Positions 7,950-16,163 of a DNA stretch of 40,965 nucleotides are shown piece after piece. The notes under the pieces are model-generated. The model worked only from the letters and a program-made list of their open reading frames with translations. It searched no databases and was not told where the DNA came from. How positions within the stretch are numbered: position 1 is the stretch's first letter; every line of letters starts with the position of its first letter. The stretch is from Gemmatimonadota bacterium (GTDB lineage Bacteria > Gemmatimonadota > Gemmatimonadetes > Gemmatimonadales > GWC2-71-9), in assembly GCA_003221045.1 (NCBI GenBank), contig QHUC01000113.1, forward strand, positions 1-40,965. Direction: 5' to 3'. A program made the translations under genes and the position numbers.

Positions 7950-8618
7950 TCACAGCCAGGGCTCCTCGCTGAAGCCGAGCCGGGAGATGAGTGGCACGAA
8001 ACGGACGCCTCCGGCCCGCCGCTCGGTCAGGCCACTGGCGCCCCGCTCGATGATGAACAGCTCCTGGGTGACGAGATCGCCGATCGGGATCACGAGGCGG
8101 CCGCCCGGCATGAGCTGCTCCGTGAGTGGGGGCGGCACGCCCGGCGCCGCGGCGGTCACGATGATACCTCGGAATGGCGCCCGCTCGGGCCAGCCGCTCG
8201 CGCCGTCCCCCAGTCGGGTCTCGATGGTCCGGAGCCCGAGCCGCCGGAACCGCTCTTCGGCTTCGACCAGGAGGTCCGGAAGTCGCTCTACGGTGAACAC
8301 CCGGGCGCCAAGGTGAGCGAGAATGGCGGTCTGATACCCCGAGCCGGTGCCGACCTCGAGGACCCGGTCGCCGCGCCGGGGGGTGAGGGCTTGCGTCATC
8401 AGCGCGACGATCAGCGGCTGCGAGATCGTCTGCCCGCTGCCGATCGGCAACGGGCCGTCCTCGTACGCTTCGGCGGCGAGGTGCGGGGGCAGAAACCACT
8501 CGCGCGGCACCCAGGCCATGGCGGCGAGCACACGTCGGTCGTGAACACCGCGATTCGCGAGCTGGCTCGCGACCATGCGGCGCCGCTGGCGGCGGGTCTC
8601 AGGTGCCGGAGCGCGCAC
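7950..8618 (-). CDS. pcm: Protein-L-isoaspartate O-methyltransferase
   Basis: 222 aa. Contains GQTISQPLIVALMTQAL, VLEVGTGSGYQTAILA (SAM-binding motif), GGRLVIPIG and VRFVPL. Confidence 0.9.
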   Translation of the reverse strand: MRAPAPETRRQRRRMVASQLANRGVHDRRVLAAMAWVPREWFLPPHLAAEAYEDGPLPIGSGQTISQPLIVALMTQALTPRRGDRVLEVGTGSGYQTAILAHLGARVFTVERLPDLLVEAEERFRRLGLRTIETRLGDGASGWPERAPFRGIIVTAAAPGVPPPLTEQLMPGGRLVIPIGDLVTQELFIIERGASGLTERRAGGVRFVPLISRLGFSEEPWL

Positions 8619-8649
8619 TCGCCACCCGTCCCGGTTGCCGTCCCATAGG

Positions 8650-9989
8650 GTGAACTATAGCTTGACACCCTCCACCGCGCGGCCAGGCCTGTTGCCGGAA
8701 CACCCCCAGCATCGCATCCTCCTCGTCGGCGATCCCGCCGCCCGCCCGGACGGGTTGGAGCGGTTCCTGGTGCGCGGCGGTTTCCAGGTCACGGAGGCCG
8801 CGAACCCGCCGTCCGGCCCGGAGCGAGCCGAGCCCCATCCCCCCGATCTCGTGGTGGTTTCGATCGGGGCGAAGGAGGCGGGCTTCGTGGAGGCGATCCG
8901 TGAGCTCGCCACGGCGGGCCGGTTTGCCGGGGCACCGGTGATCGCGTTGCTCGCGGACGGTGGTGCCGCCGCGGTGGCGGAGGCGCTCGAGGCCGGCGCC
9001 AGCGATGCGATCGTGACCCCGGTCCACTTCGGCGAGCTGCGGGCGCGCATCGAGGCCGATCTCCGCCGGCGCGCCGACCAGCAAGAGGCGCGGGACGCGC
9101 TGCGCACCCGCGACCTCCTGTTCGACATCTTCCAGGAGGTGTCGGCGGCTCTGCGGGCGGACGAGATCTTCCAGACGCTCGTGCGTCGCGTGGGGCACGC
9201 GTTCGGACTGACCCACTGCTCCTTCGTGCTCACGGCCCCCGGCGAGGACAAGGGGCGCGTGGTCGCTGGCGCCAGCAGCGGATCGAAGTCAACGTTCAGG
9301 CCGCCGTCGCCCTGCCGGTGTTCGTCCAGGGCCGCGCCGCCGGGGTCTTCTTCCTCCGGACGGTGCAGGGCGACCCGGAGCTCCGCTCGCAGGACGTCGC
9401 CTTCGCGAACACCATCGCCCAGGCCGCGGCCCGCGTGCTCGAGAACGAGGAGCGCAGGGCGGCGATCTACCGGCGCCAGATCAACGCGGGCGTGACCGAC
9501 GTCCTCACCGGCTGCGCCAGCCTCGACGCCCTCGACCGGCGCCTGCGCGACGAGTTTGAGCGCGCCCGGCGGTACTCGCTGCGGTTCGCCCTCGTGGTGA
9601 TCGACATTGACCAGCTGCGGGATGTGAACGAACGACTCGGCCAGCCGGCCGGTGACCGCGTGCTGGCGGAGATCGGCGCCCTGATGCAGCGCGAGATTCG
9701 CGCTCCCGACTTCGTGGCGCGGTACGGAGGCGATGAGTTCGCGCTGGTGCTGCCGGAGACGGACGCGCAGGGAGCGCGGCGGTTTGTGGAACGCCTCCGC
9801 CAGCTCGTGGCGCGCCACACATTTCCCGACCTCGGTCGCAGCCAGGCGCCGAGTTTGTCCGCTGGCGTGGTGGCGTTCCCCCACGCCGAGGTGCTTCGAC
9901 CCGAAGACCTCTTTACACAGGTGGAGGCGGCGCTCGAGCGAGCCAAGAAGGGCGAGCCGACCCGGATCGGCGTCGCGGAGGGGTCCTAG
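8650..9989 (+). pseudogene. Pseudo-receiver / GAF / GGDEF diguanylate cyclase, interrupted by a frameshift (and probably a deletion) inside the GAF domain
   Basis: Track ORF 8575..9495 carries a REC-like domain (ILLVGD, DLVVVSIG, IVTPV) and the first half of a GAF domain. Track ORF 9318..9989, in another frame, carries the GAF end plus GGDEF (RAPDFVARYGGDEF, with an RxxD I-site). The frame change falls near 9265-9300. The start is uncertain: GTG 8650 or TTG 8662. Confidence 0.8.
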
Positions 9990-11095
9990 TCCAGCGTCTT
10001 TCGAAACCTGCGCACCGACGCCACGATCAGGACCACCGCGAACGCCGCGAGGATCAGCACCTCCTGCCACAGCGCTTCCAGCCCGACCCCCTTCAGCAGA
10101 ATGCCACGCACGACTTTCAGGAAGTAGGTCAGAGGCATCAGCAGTCCCAACCACTGCGCGATCTCCGGCATCGCCTGGCGAGGGAACATGAAGCCCGACA
10201 GGAGGATGTTGGGCAGCATGAAGCCGAAGCTAGCCTGTATGGCTTGTTGTTGGGTGCGCACCAGCGTCGAGACGAGGAGGCCGAACGCCAGGCTGGCAAT
10301 GATAAAGATAAGGCTCACGCCGTAGAGGAGCAGGATGTTCCCGGTGATCGGGACGTCGAACACGAACCGGCCGAGGATTAGGACGGCGGTCATCTGGAGC
10401 AGGCCCACGCCGACATAGGGTGTGATCTTCCCCAGCATCAGCTCGGTCTTGGTGATCGGTGTGACGATGAGCTGCTCGAGCGTGCCACGTTCCCGTTCCC
10501 GAACGATGGCCATGGCCGTGATGAGGACCAAGGTCATCGTGAGGATGACCCCGACGAGTCCGGGGACGATGTAGTTGGGGCTTCGGAGCCCCGGGTTGTA
10601 GCGGGGCCGGACGCGCGCCTCGATCGGGATGCTGCGGTCCGCGGCCCGGGACAGGATCGAGAGATTGCGCGCCTGGGCGACGCCGGCGGCGGCGTTCAGC
10701 GCCGCCTGCGAGGAGAGCGGGTCCGCGGCGTCCACGATGACCTGGACGGTGGCCGTCGTGCCACGAGCCAGGTCTCGCGGGTAGTCGTAGGGGACGATGA
10801 TGCCGGCCTGCGCGTCGCCCCGCGCGATGGCGGCATCCAGCTCCGGCCGCCCGTCGACGTGCGCGATCACGCGAAAGTTGCCCGTGTTTTGGAACGCGGC
10901 GATCAGGTCGCGGCTGGTGGGCGTTCGGGACTGGTCGAGCACCACCGTCGGCAGGTTGCGGACGTCGGTCTGGATCGCATAGCCGAAGACGAGCAGCTGG
11001 ATCACCGGGATGCCGACCATCATCGCGAACGTCAGGCGATCCCGGCGCATCTGGATGAACTCTTTGCGAAACATCGGCCAAAAACGCGACATCAT
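9986..11095 (-). CDS. ABC-2 type transporter permease (YbhS/YbhR-like)
   Basis: 369 aa. N-terminal TM, a large periplasmic loop, then 5 TM helices, as in ABC-2 family permeases. ATGA overlap with the upstream ATPase gene. Confidence 0.85.
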   Translation of the reverse strand: MMSRFWPMFRKEFIQMRRDRLTFAMMVGIPVIQLLVFGYAIQTDVRNLPTVVLDQSRTPTSRDLIAAFQNTGNFRVIAHVDGRPELDAAIARGDAQAGIIVPYDYPRDLARGTTATVQVIVDAADPLSSQAALNAAAGVAQARNLSILSRAADRSIPIEARVRPRYNPGLRSPNYIVPGLVGVILTMTLVLITAMAIVRERERGTLEQLIVTPITKTELMLGKITPYVGVGLLQMTAVLILGRFVFDVPITGNILLLYGVSLIFIIASLAFGLLVSTLVRTQQQAIQASFGFMLPNILLSGFMFPRQAMPEIAQWLGLLMPLTYFLKVVRGILLKGVGLEALWQEVLILAAFAVVLIVASVRRFRKTLD

Positions 11096-11826
11096 TGTTC
11101 GTCACGCTGCTGCAATACCACGAATGCGTCCTCCAGCGTGCGCCCGCCGACCTGAGCCGCGACCTCGTCGGGCGTTCCCAGCGCGATGAGATGTCCGCGG
11201 CTCATCATTCCCAGCCGGCCGCACTGTGCCGCTTCGTCCATATAGTGTGTCGTCACCAGCACTGTGGTCCCCGATGCGGCGAGATCGTGGATCGTGTGCC
11301 AAAACCGGCGCCGCGCGGCCGGGTCCACACCCGCGGTCGGCTCGTCGAGGAAGAGCAGGCCCGGCCGATGAACCAGCGCGCACGCCAGCCCGAGCCGTTG
11401 TTTCCAGCCACCGGAGAGTTGCGCCGCGAGCTGGCCGAGCCTGTCTCCCAGGCTGAGAAACGCGACCACCTCGCCGACGCGCGTCCGCATCATGTCCCCG
11501 CGGAGACCGTAAATTCCGGCGTAGAACGTGAGATTCTCCGCCACGGTCAGATCCTCGTACGCGCCCACCCGCTGCGCCATGTAACCGATACGCTGCTTGA
11601 CCTGCTCGGGCGCGACCGTGACGTCGATGCCAGTGACCAGGGCCGACCCGCTGGATGGCTCGAGGAGCCCGCACAACATGCGGATCGTGGTGGTCTTGCC
11701 CGAGCCGTTCGGGCCGAGCAGGCCGAATACCTCCCCCCGCTCGATGCGCAGCGTCAGCGCATCCACGGCCGTGAGGGCGCCGAACCGGCGCGTCAGCTCA
11801 CGGGTTTCGACGGCCGCGTCCATCAC
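11092..11826 (-). CDS. ABC transporter ATP-binding protein
   Basis: Walker A GPNGSGKTT, signature LSGGWKQRL, Walker B LLFLDEPTAGVD, H-loop TTHYMDEA. Confidence 0.92.
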   Translation of the reverse strand: MMDAAVETRELTRRFGALTAVDALTLRIERGEVFGLLGPNGSGKTTTIRMLCGLLEPSSGSALVTGIDVTVAPEQVKQRIGYMAQRVGAYEDLTVAENLTFYAGIYGLRGDMMRTRVGEVVAFLSLGDRLGQLAAQLSGGWKQRLGLACALVHRPGLLFLDEPTAGVDPAARRRFWHTIHDLAASGTTVLVTTHYMDEAAQCGRLGMMSRGHLIALGTPDEVAAQVGGRTLEDAFVVLQQRDEQ

Positions 11827-12689
11827 CGGGGCAGGGGGATCTCGACGGTCGCCGGCATCCCCGCCTTGACGCGGCCGCCCGCGTCACCGTCGTCGAGCTC
11901 CACCTTGATGCCGAACACGAGGTCGGCCCGTTCCCGCTCGGTGAGCGCCGCGCGCGGCGTGAATTCGGCGCGTGGGGAGATCTCCACAATCCGTCCCGCG
12001 AACGCGTCTTGGACGCCATCCAGGCGCACGGTCGCCGCTCCGCCGACCTTGACGTGCGCCACGTCGCGGTCGCCGACGTACGCGCGGATCCACGGGCGCC
12101 GCACGAGGCCCAGCGCCACGACCGGCGTGCCGGCCGCGAGCGCCTCCCCCGGATCCGCGTAGCGCGTCAGGACGATTCCGTCTTCCGGCGCGAGAACCGT
12201 GAGCTGATCGCGAATGGCGACGGCCGCCGCGAACGCCGCGTTGGCCGCGGCCGATTCGCTGGGGGCGGCCCGCATGGAGGCCAGCCGGGCGGCGGCCGCC
12301 GCGGCGGACGCCCGCAGCCCGTCGAATTGCTGCTCGGACACAATGCCCCGCGACCGGAGAGGCTCGGCGCGGGCGAGGTCGTTCGCCGCCCGCGCGCTGT
12401 CCGCCTCCGACGCCTTCACGTCATTGACACGCAGTGCTGCGGCGCGTGCCTGCGCGCGCCGCTCGGCTATCAGCGCGCCCACTCCCGGTTGCTCCAGCAC
12501 GGCAATCGTATCCCCGCGGTGCACGGTGTCTCCCTCGTCCTTAAGCAGCCTCGCGAGCCGCCCGGCGGCCAGCGGAGCGAGCTCGAGCTCCCGGATCTCC
12601 ACGGTGCCGCTGACCTGCAGTCGATCGTTCGTTCCACCGCAGGCGGCGAGCAGCGCGGTGAGGACGAGTGCGCGGGCGGGATGCGTCAC
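11823..12689 (-). CDS. HlyD-family periplasmic adaptor (membrane fusion) lipoprotein
   Basis: Start taken at GTG 12689, which overlaps the TetR stop (GTGA). N-terminus VTHPARALVLTALLAACGG has a lipobox. An Ala-rich coiled-coil hairpin is followed by a C-terminal beta domain (ATVRLDG...GRIVEISPRAEFTP), typical of YbhG/HlyD_D23 proteins. Confidence 0.8.
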   Translation of the reverse strand: MTHPARALVLTALLAACGGTNDRLQVSGTVEIRELELAPLAAGRLARLLKDEGDTVHRGDTIAVLEQPGVGALIAERRAQARAAALRVNDVKASEADSARAANDLARAEPLRSRGIVSEQQFDGLRASAAAAAARLASMRAAPSESAAANAAFAAAVAIRDQLTVLAPEDGIVLTRYADPGEALAAGTPVVALGLVRRPWIRAYVGDRDVAHVKVGGAATVRLDGVQDAFAGRIVEISPRAEFTPRAALTERERADLVFGIKVELDDGDAGGRVKAGMPATVEIPLPR

Positions 12690-13300
12690 GGGGCCCTTCC
12701 CCGCGGCGCCAGAGCACGCTGCACGACGTCGGTGATGTGGCGCTCGACCGCAGCCGCTTGCTCCGGGCGATCCAGTGGAACCCCACTGACCGTCGCGATC
12801 ATTCTGCGCGCGACCGCAAACCACACCGTCTGCGAGATCAACGTGAAAGCGGCGAGCAGCGGCTCGACGGCGCGTAATTCGCCACGCGCCTGGCCGTCGC
12901 GCACGGTGCTCCGGATAGCGTCGACTACGGGTCGGAAGTGCTCTATGACGACGGGCGACGGCGGCTCCCCGGCCGCGAGGCGATGAACGATGAGACGGGG
13001 GGCCTCGGGATGGTCGGCGAAGAACGCGAAAAAGGCGCGGATAATGGCGGCGAGCCGGTCGCCGGCCGCGGCGGGGGCGGCGACCGCCGCGGCGACGCGC
13101 TCGCGCAGCTCGCGGAACAGCTGCTCGAGCACGGTAGTGTAGAGGGCCTCTTTGGATCCGAAGTGATAGGTGATGGCGCCGAGATTCGCGCGCGCCCGCC
13201 GGGTGATGGCCCGAACGGAGGCACCGTCGAAGCCCTTGTCGGCGAACAGCCGGCGCGCGGCCTCGAGCAGGCGCTCTTTGGTGCCGTCCAGTCGATTCAT
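12686..13300 (-). CDS. TetR/AcrR family transcriptional regulator
   Basis: HTH region is TKERLLEAARRLFADKGFDGASVRAITRRARANLGAITYHFGSKEALY. I prefer ATG 13300 over the track start TTG 13336, because a promoter and a palindrome occupy 13297..13336. Confidence 0.88.
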   Translation of the reverse strand: MNRLDGTKERLLEAARRLFADKGFDGASVRAITRRARANLGAITYHFGSKEALYTTVLEQLFRELRERVAAAVAAPAAAGDRLAAIIRAFFAFFADHPEAPRLIVHRLAAGEPPSPVVIEHFRPVVDAIRSTVRDGQARGELRAVEPLLAAFTLISQTVWFAVARRMIATVSGVPLDRPEQAAAVERHITDVVQRALAPRGRAP

Positions 13301-13336
13301 ACGTTTGTATGATACCGATGGCCGGCTCCGCGTCAA
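13297..13336 (-). promoter_or_regulatory. Sigma70-like promoter plus 16-bp palindromic operator candidate overlapping the tetR start codon
   Basis: Minus strand reads TTGACG (13336..13331), 16 nt, TATCAT (13314..13309), 8 nt, ATG (13300). The palindrome TCATAC-n4-GTATGA at 13297..13312 spans the ATG. The geometry implies a leaderless or near-leaderless mRNA. Confidence 0.5.
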
Positions 13337-13349
13337 GGCGGGAGGCCGC

Positions 13350-14573
13350 TCAGCGCCGCGTCTTCAGCCAGTTGATGGGATCGAGCGCGATGCCGCCCTG
13401 ACCGCGGATCTCGAAATGCAGGTGTGACCCCTGTTCGCTCGAGCCCCCGCCCACGTGCCCGAGGACCTGTCCCTTGACTACCCGCTCACCCGGCGTGACG
13501 ACCGCATCGCTCAAGTAGCCGTAGAAGCTGTAGTAGCCGCCCCCGTGATCAATCAGCACCGACGTGAGGTAGGTGCGCATGGGCCCCGCGAGACTCACGG
13601 TGCCGCTCGCGATCGCGCGGACCGGGGTGCCCGTCGGCGCCCCGATCCCGATGCCGTGCCATGGGATGCGGGTGTTGTTCGGGCCGGTGGCCGTGCCGAA
13701 CTGATACAAGATCCGACCCTCGACCGGCCAGTCGAGCTGGCCCAGATCGGCGGTGGTGATGGCGGCGGCGGGCGTCGCCGCCCCGCGGGCCAATGCCTCG
13801 CGACGGGCGCGCTCGAGCGTTGCGATGCGGTCGTTCAGGCTCTTTTCGTCGCGCTCGAGCTCGGACAGGCGTTGCTGCGCCTCGCGCGCGCTGCGCCGCG
13901 TCTCACGCAACGACGCCTGCCGCTCCCGCTCGAGTGCCAGGTAGCGGTCGAGCTCCTGGGTCCGCTCGTTCTTGCGGCGGCCGAGCGCGTCGCGGGCGTC
14001 CACGAGCGTCTGCCGCTCCCGCGCGATGCGCCGCTGCAATTTCGACATGTCGTTCGCCAGCAGGCGGTCCTGCCGGCTCACGAGGTAGAGGTACTTGTAG
14101 CGCGACAGCAGGTCGCCAAAGCTCTCGGCGGCGAGCAGTACCTGATAGACGTACAGCGCCCCGCGCTTGTAGATGTCGACGAGGCGACGCTCGAGCACGG
14201 CGCGCTTCTCCGCGAGCGCGTTCTGGGCGAGCAGCAGGTCCACGGTGGTCTTGTCAAGCTGATCGGAGAGGCCGTTGATCTGCCGGTCGAGCTCGTTCAC
14301 GATGCGGTTGGTGGTTTCCTTCTGTCGCTCGATGTTCGCAAGCTCGTCGGAGAGGGAATGGACCTGGGTGCGGAGACGCTCGAGCTCCTGCTCCACGTCG
14401 GACCGCTCGCGGCGGATGCTTTCGAGGCGTTGCTGGTTGTCGCGTAGCTGTTGATCAAACGGCGCGGGCTTTTGCGAAGCTAAAGAGATCGGGACGAAAA
14501 CCGTAAACCAAGAAACGTAGAAACGAAACGTGGAGGAACGACGTGGAGGAAAGACGTATGGTTTTCCCTTCAC
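13350..14573 (-). CDS. Murein hydrolase activator / M23 peptidase family protein (EnvC-like)
   Basis: A long coiled coil (QQRLESIRRERSDVEQELERLRTQV...) is followed by a C-terminal LytM/M23 domain (GIGIGAPTGTPVRAIASG...IDHGGGYYSFYGYL...GSHLHFEIR). I prefer the start GTG 14573, which has GGAGAAAG 6 nt upstream and a signal-like N-terminus ...FYVSWFTVFVPISLASQ. The track start GTG 14624 would overlap ftsX. Confidence 0.8.
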   Translation of the reverse strand: MKGKPYVFPPRRSSTFRFYVSWFTVFVPISLASQKPAPFDQQLRDNQQRLESIRRERSDVEQELERLRTQVHSLSDELANIERQKETTNRIVNELDRQINGLSDQLDKTTVDLLLAQNALAEKRAVLERRLVDIYKRGALYVYQVLLAAESFGDLLSRYKYLYLVSRQDRLLANDMSKLQRRIARERQTLVDARDALGRRKNERTQELDRYLALERERQASLRETRRSAREAQQRLSELERDEKSLNDRIATLERARREALARGAATPAAAITTADLGQLDWPVEGRILYQFGTATGPNNTRIPWHGIGIGAPTGTPVRAIASGTVSLAGPMRTYLTSVLIDHGGGYYSFYGYLSDAVVTPGERVVKGQVLGHVGGGSSEQGSHLHFEIRGQGGIALDPINWLKTRR

Positions 14574-14626
14574 GTTCTTTCTCCACGCCGTTTCTCTACG
14601 TCTATTCTCCACGTCGTTATACACGT
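14502..14626. repeat. AT-rich array of about nine 13-bp-phased ACGT-anchored units forming a long imperfect palindrome
   Basis: ACGT occurs at 14515, 14528, 14541 and 14554, then at 14572, 14585 (ACGC), 14598, 14611 and 14623. Left-arm units are ACGTGGAGGAA(C/A)G. Right-arm units are their complements (TTCTCCACGT). The dyad centre is near 14564. The 13-bp period is not a multiple of 3. Confidence 0.8.
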
Positions 14627-15474
14627 CTTAAGTGTCTGCCAACGGATGCCGCACTGCCAAAGAGTCCAATGAGCGTTCCGAAACCGACGATGGCGACCGC
14701 CTGCTCTTTCGAGAAGAAAGCCGCCTGAATCAGCCAACGATTGATCAGGGTGTAAGCACCGTACGAGAGTCCGATCGCGACCAATCCGCCGAGCATGCCC
14801 TTGATCGCCCCCTGCAGCAGGAACGGCCGCCTGATAAAGCCGTTCGTGGCGCCGACCAGTCGCATGATCGCGATCTCGCGGCTGCGCTGCAGCACCGCCA
14901 TCCGGATGGTCGTGCCGATGATGATGATCGCCACGACCGCGAACGCAGCCCCGACCACGAGCCCCACCGCTGCGGCGATCCCGCGCAACCGGTCGAGCTT
15001 TTCCACCCAATCCCGTCCGAACCGCACGTCGTCCACGAAACCGAACCCGCGCAGGCGGTCGGCGACCTCGTTCACGTGGTCGACGTCGCGGAACCGCGGC
15101 TTGAGCTTGACCTCGATCGAGGCGGGAAGGGGATTGCGCTCCAGCTCCTGCAGCACGTCCCGGAACTCGACCAGCTCGGCGTGCGCGCGCGCCAGGGCCG
15201 AGTCCTCGCTGACGTACGCGGCCGACTGGACCTCGGGGAATGCCTCGATGTCCTTTTCGGCGAGTGTGATGGACTCGATCGGCGTCCCCGGCAGGAGGTA
15301 GGCGACGATTTCGACGCGCTCGGCGACGTCTTGCAGCGCGTGCTGCAGGTTCACCGCCACGAGGCCGAACAGTCCCACCACGAAGAGCGAGAACGCGATG
15401 GTCGTTACGGACAGCGCCGAGAGGAGCGGCGCCCGGCGAAACGCGATCAAGGATTCGCGGACCGTCAGGTTCAC
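14617..15474 (-). CDS. ftsX: Cell division ABC transporter permease FtsX
   Basis: 285 aa. Topology is N-terminal TM, periplasmic domain, then three C-terminal TMs. It directly follows ftsE with a GTGA overlap. Confidence 0.9.
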   Translation of the reverse strand: MNLTVRESLIAFRRAPLLSALSVTTIAFSLFVVGLFGLVAVNLQHALQDVAERVEIVAYLLPGTPIESITLAEKDIEAFPEVQSAAYVSEDSALARAHAELVEFRDVLQELERNPLPASIEVKLKPRFRDVDHVNEVADRLRGFGFVDDVRFGRDWVEKLDRLRGIAAAVGLVVGAAFAVVAIIIIGTTIRMAVLQRSREIAIMRLVGATNGFIRRPFLLQGAIKGMLGGLVAIGLSYGAYTLINRWLIQAAFFSKEQAVAIVGFGTLIGLFGSAASVGRHLRRV

Positions 15475-16163
15475 GGCGACGCCGCCTCACGGGGCTCATC
15501 CACGGCGGAGTCGTACACCAGCGCGCCCTCCTGCAGCTCGATCACGCGGTAGGGTGCCTGGCGCACCAGGTCGAGATCGTGCGTGGCCATCACGACGGCG
15601 GTGCCGCTCGCGTTGATGTCGCGCAGGAGCTGGAAGACGCCGCGCGTCGCGCGCTCGTCCAGATTGCCGGTGGGCTCGTCGGCGAGCAGCACGGTGGGCT
15701 CGTTCACCAGCGCGCGCGCGATCGCGACCCGCTGTTGCTCACCGCCCGAGAGCTCGCGGGGGTAGGCCTGTGCCTTGGCGGCGAGCCCCACCTGCGTGAG
15801 CACCCGCATGACGCGCGCCGGGATCGACGACCGTCGCGCGCCGGTGACCTCGAGCGCGAAGGCGACGTTCTCGTCGGCGGTCCGATCCTCGAGCAGCCGG
15901 AAATCCTGGAACACGATGCCGAGGCGGCGGCGCAGCATCGGGACGTCGCGCGGGCGCAGCTCGGCGGCGTTGAAGCCCGAGACGCGCACTTCGCCGCTCG
16001 TCACCGGCTCTTCGGCGTAGATCAGCTTGAGGACGGTGGATTTGCCGGCACCGGAATGGCCGGTGAGGAACACGAACTCGCCCTTCGCGATGTGGAACGA
16101 CACGTCCTTCAGGGCGAGCCCCCCCTTGGGGAAGGCCTTGAAGACATTCGTGAACTTGATCAC
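15471..16163 (-). CDS. ftsE: Cell division ATP-binding protein FtsE
   Basis: [11 protein letters not shown], Walker [10 protein letters not shown], signature [15 protein letters not shown], Walker [12 protein letters not shown]. Confidence 0.95.
   Translation of the reverse strand: MIKFTNVFKAFPKGGLALKDVSFHIAKGEFVFLTGHSGAGKSTVLKLIYAEEPVTSGEVRVSGFNAAELRPRDVPMLRRRLGIVFQDFRLLEDRTADENVAFALEVTGARRSSIPARVMRVLTQVGLAAKAQAYPRELSGGEQQRVAIARALVNEPTVLLADEPTGNLDERATRGVFQLLRDINASGTAVVMATHDLDLVRQAPYRVIELQEGALVYDSAVDEPREAASP

Noticed and set aside
8654-8667. TTGACA hexamer (8662-8667, plus strand) and TATAGT (8659..8654, minus strand) in the pcm/GGDEF divergent region, considered as promoters.
   Set aside because: Neither hexamer has a matching partner element at 16-18 nt spacing. 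TTGACA also overlaps a candidate TTG start codon. This is too weak to call.
9986-9989. Convergent gene pairs sharing the palindromic tetranucleotide CTAG as mutual stop codons (9986-9989 and 36749-36752). Two CTAGs also lie between rho and the M28 peptidase at 24292-24302.
   Set aside because: The observation is real but probably a trivial result of TAG stops on both strands in compact convergent ends. No additional structure or terminator is seen there.
14502-14626. Possibility that the 13-bp ACGT array, or the 9-bp repeat at 26085..26180, is a CRISPR array.
   Set aside because: The units are far too short and directly abut one another with no unique spacers. No cas genes are in the window. 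The 9-bp repeat is an in-frame coding repeat.
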